Shown: positions 19,822-22,768 of the stretch, piece after piece | Layout: every line of letters starts with the position of its first letter | Position numbering within the stretch: the first letter of the stretch is position 1 | The notes under the pieces: model-generated | The model's database searches: none | The model's input: the letters and a program-made list of their open reading frames with translations, nothing else | What the model was told of the DNA's origin: nothing | Made by a program: the position numbers and the translations under genes | Source: Octopus sinensis | Taxonomy: Eukaryota | Assembly (NCBI RefSeq): GCF_006345805.1 | Contig: NW_021836892.1 | Location: 1-22,768 of the forward strand | Direction: 5' to 3' | Length of the DNA: 22,768 nucleotides

Positions 19822-20418
19822 CCCATTAACATTCAAACTGGCCATATCCAGCCAAAATATTGTACCTGTTTTATGTTTGAAGAAGTGGCCAGACCTGGCC
19901 TCTCACACCTATCCTACAATGTCATTCTGAAAATAAGCAATCAATCATCAAAATCTTGAATCTATGAGAAGATGCATGATTAATTCAAAACAATGTGAAT
20001 AAATAAGCATTACATTTGACAGGGTGGAGGTGCAATGGCCCAGTGGTTAGGGCAGCGGACTCGCGGTCATAGGATTGCGGTTTCGATTCCCAGACCGGGC
20101 GTTTGTGAGTGTTTATTGAGCGAAAACACTAAAAGCTCCACAAGCTCCGGCAGGGAATGGTGGTGATCCCTGCTGTACTTCTTCACCACAACTTTCTCTC
20201 ACTCTTACTTCCTGTTTCTTTTTTACCTGTATTCAAGGGGCCGGCCTTGTCACTCTCTGTGTCACGCTGAATATCCCCGAGAACTACGTTAAGGGTGCAC
20301 GTGTCTGTGGAGTGCTCAGCCACTTACACGTTAATTCACGAGCAACCGGAACCCTCATCGTCGTAACCGACGGAGTGCTTCCACACATTTGACAGTAATC
20401 TGAATGCTAAAGGGTTAA
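19818..20418 (-). mobile_element. MITE E with both TTAA ends, split by a SINE insertion
   Basis: ttaacccattaacatt (19818) ... aatgctaaagggttaa (20418). Confidence 0.88.
20023..20384 (+). mobile_element. tRNA-derived SINE (Arg-like head) with perfect 11-bp TSD
   Basis: A box tggcccagtgg 20036-20046, B box ggtttcgattcc 20079-20090, anticodon-like ctcgc; TSD acatttgacag at 20012-20022 and 20385-20395. Confidence 0.9.
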
Positions 20419-20488
20419 AGAACAATAATGATGATGATGATGATGATGATGACTGCTTAGGCACCAATGATATTGTTATGTGTTCACC

Positions 20489-21095
20489 TTAATCCTTTTG
20501 ATACTGAGCTTGCCTGAGACAGCCCCCGAGCGTTCTTTGATACAAGTTTCCTGTTTTACAGTGATCCAAATTAAGATTGCTCTTCAAAACTTCACATTAA
20601 TTTAGGTTCTAAAAACCAGCTTAATAACGAGAAAGTTATTTTACTAAATATACTCTTATTCTGTTACTCTTTTACTTGTTTCAGTCATTTGACTGCAGCC
20701 ATGCTGGAGCACCGCCTTTAATCGAGCAAATCGACCCCGGGACTTATTCTTTTTGTAAGCCCAGTACTTATCCTATCGGTCTCTTTTTGCCGAACCGTTA
20801 AGTGACGGGGACGTAAGCACACCAGCATCGTTTGTCAAGCAATGCTAGGGGGACAAACACAGACACACACACATATATATATATACATATATACGACAGG
20901 CTTCTTTCAGTTTCCGTCTACCAAATCCACTCACAAGGCATTGGTCGGCCCGGGGCTATAGCAGAAGACACTTGCCCAAGATGCCACGCAGTGGGACTGA
21001 ACCCGGAACCATGTGGTTGGTAAACAAGCTACTTACCACACATATCATTTTTTAAAAATTAACTGAAAAAACAGCAGAATTGTAGTAACAAAAAT
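20489..21095 (-). mobile_element. MITE F (inverted) split by a SINE A insertion
   Basis: ttaatccttttgatact...aattaagat...aagttattttactaaat (20489-20650) resumes as ttttaaaaattaactgaaaaaac after 21042; colinear with the reverse complement of 2999-3227. The right end is uncertain. Confidence 0.55.
20651..21042 (-). mobile_element. SINE family A
   Basis: Colinear with 8404-8810; a few 5' nt are missing. Confidence 0.92.
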
Positions 21096-21366
21096 GTCTA
21101 GCAGTTCCTTGTTCAAGTTGGTGAAGGTGTGGAATAAAATACCTTACTTGAAAACAAGTATGAATTAGCATCAGTAACGGCACTGGCCTTACCATACTTC
21201 CTTATTGTCCAACCCATGCAAGAATGAAAAAAGCAGACATAACAACATTGGTTATATTGGTGGTAGTGGTTGCAGCTTGAATACTATTATATTTTTTCTT
21301 CACACCAGAACATAGATTTAGTGAATTTGGGGTAGATCCTCCAGTTCCTTTGTATGGTGGTACTAA

Positions 21367-21520
21367 CATCATCATCATCATCATCATCATCAAGTAAGCT
21401 GGAGAGCTGCACCAGGCTCCAATTATCCATTTTGGCTTGGTTTCTATGGCTGGATGCCCTTCCTAACGTCAGTAACTTTACAGAGTGTACTGGGTGTCTT
21501 TTATGTGTCACCAATGACAT
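21367..21520 (-). mobile_element. RTE-type 3' tail fragment
   Basis: (cat)8 then gctgcaccaggctcc...ggctggatgcccttcctaacg...cagagtgtactgggtg. Confidence 0.78.
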
Positions 21521-21552
21521 TTTTTCTCTAAGATAAATATATAAAAATAATA

Positions 21553-22608
21553 TGGGCCGTGACTGCTGAGGACATGCGTAAGCTCATGAGGAATGAAGCC
21601 AGTATGCTCCGATGGATGTGTAATGTCAGTGTACTTACTCGACAGAGTGTTAGTTCCCTAAGAGAATGTTGTACCTAAGAAGCATCAGTTGTTGCGTGCA
21701 AAGAGAGGATTGCGATGGTATGGTCATGTGGCGAGAATGGATGAAGATAGGTGTGTGAGAAAGTGCCAATCCCTAGCAGTTGAGGGAACCCGTGGAGAGG
21801 GTAGACCCAGGAAAACCTGGACGAGGTGGTGAAGCACGACCTTCGAACATTAGGTCTCACCATGGAAATGACCAGAGACCGAGACCTATGGAAGTATGCT
21901 GTGCATGAGAAGACCCGGCAAGACTAGTGAAGCCATAACCCGTGGCCCCTACCTGGGGCGTAGTCAGTCCGCCTGTGCATACCTTCCTGCTTGTGACACT
22001 TGTGAAGACCTGTTGAGGCAAGTCAAATCAAAGTCAAATCGAATCAAGTCAAACCAAATCAAAATAGATGAACATCAATGGAATTTGTATCCTTGTGGTA
22101 CCAGTGCCGGTGGCACATAAGAAAACCATCCGAACGGGACGTAGCCAGTACCGCATCGACTGGCCTCCGTGCTGTGGGCACGTAACAAAACACCGTCCGA
22201 GCGTGGCCGTCTGCCAGCCTCGTCTGGCACCTGTGTCTGGCCCATAAAAACACCATCCGAGCGAGCGTGGCCGTCTGCCAGCCTCGTCTGGCACCTGTGT
22301 CGGTGGCACATAAAAACACCATCCGAGCGTGGCGTCTGCCAGCCTCGTCTGGCACCTGTGTTGGTGGCACATAAAAACACCATCTGAGCGTGGCGTTCGC
22401 CAGCCTCGTCTGGCACCTGTGTCGGTGGCACATAAAATCATCACCCACTACACTCTCGGAGTGGTTGGCGTTAGGAAGGGCATCCAGCTGTAGAAACTCT
22501 GCCAGATCTGACTGGCCTGGTGCAGCCTTCGGGCTCCCCAGACTCCAGTTGAACCGTCCAACCCATGCTAGCATGGAAACCGGACGTTAAACGACGATGA
22601 TGATGATG
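21553..22608 (+). mobile_element. 5'-truncated RTE-clade LINE: ORF C-terminus, 3' UTR and (GAT)n tail
   Basis: WAVTAEDMRKLMRNEASMLRWMCNVS...LRWYGHVARMDEDRCVRKCQSLAVEGTRGEGRPRKTW/EVVKHDLRTLGL...RDRDLWKYAVHEKTRQD* (TAG 21925-21927), with frameshifts. The LRWYGHV.RM and G.R..GRPRKTW motifs are typical of RTE. Confidence 0.92.
22191..22437 (+). repeat. Minisatellite of 4 units (60, 66, 61 and 60 bp) in the RTE 3' UTR
   Basis: Unit caccatccgagcgtggccgtctgccagcctcgtctggcacctgtgtcggtggcacataaaaa, starting at 22191, 22251, 22317 and 22378. Confidence 0.95.
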
Positions 22609-22616
22609 AATATGCA

Positions 22617-22768
22617 AGAATGGCTGTGTGGTAAGAAGTTTTCTTCCTAATCACGTGATCTGGGTTCAGTTACATTGTGTGTGCACCTTGGGAAAATGCC
22701 TTCTGCTATTGTCCTGGGTTGCCCAAAGTCTTCTAAGTGGATTTGGTAGAAGGAAACTGAAAGAAGCC
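22617..22768 (+). mobile_element. SINE family A head, diverged, runs off the window end
   Basis: tggctgtgtggtaagaag...gggttcagt...caccttggga...agtggatttggtagaaggaaactgaaagaagcc. Confidence 0.8.

Noticed and set aside
20023-20100. tRNA-Arg gene
   Set aside because: A and B boxes are present but I see no closing acceptor stem; it continues into a SINE body flanked by a TSD.
22191-22437. CRISPR-like array of ~61-bp palindromic repeats
   Set aside because: Units are contiguous with no unique spacers, there are no cas genes, and the array lies in a eukaryotic LINE 3' UTR.
22049-22590. Overlapping 118-171 aa ORFs with internal repeats
   Set aside because: Artefacts of the GC-rich minisatellite in the RTE 3' UTR; mostly antisense, with no domain similarity.

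Overview
AT-rich, microsatellite- and repeat-dense eukaryotic genomic DNA, not prokaryotic. The repeat families look like those I recall from Octopus genomes (inference, not database-checked). The only confident host gene is three phase-0 exons (1880-1990, 3811-3915, 4622-4720, + strand) from near the C-terminus of cytosolic leucyl-tRNA synthetase (LARS1). I could not find its upstream exon or its last exon(s) in the window. The rest is mostly mobile DNA: several tRNA-derived SINE families, RTE-type LINE 3' ends with (GAT)n tails, an L1/Tx1-like LINE 3' end with an (ATT)n tail, two TTAA-flanked piggyBac-like MITE families, a Tc1/mariner-like MITE, a lone Ty3/gypsy RNase H relic and several nested insertions. 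Most notable: (1) a cluster where the Tx1-like LINE and a SINE family share a 3' motif and sit in (ATT)n tracts, a candidate LINE-SINE partner system; (2) a ~195-bp, ~96%-identical inverted duplication; (3) a variable-number array of double-hairpin units in the RTE 3' UTR; (4) module swapping among SINE families; (5) a candidate antisense exon or promoter at 14.75-14.92 kb. Most ORFs in the supplied track are repeat or microsatellite artefacts.
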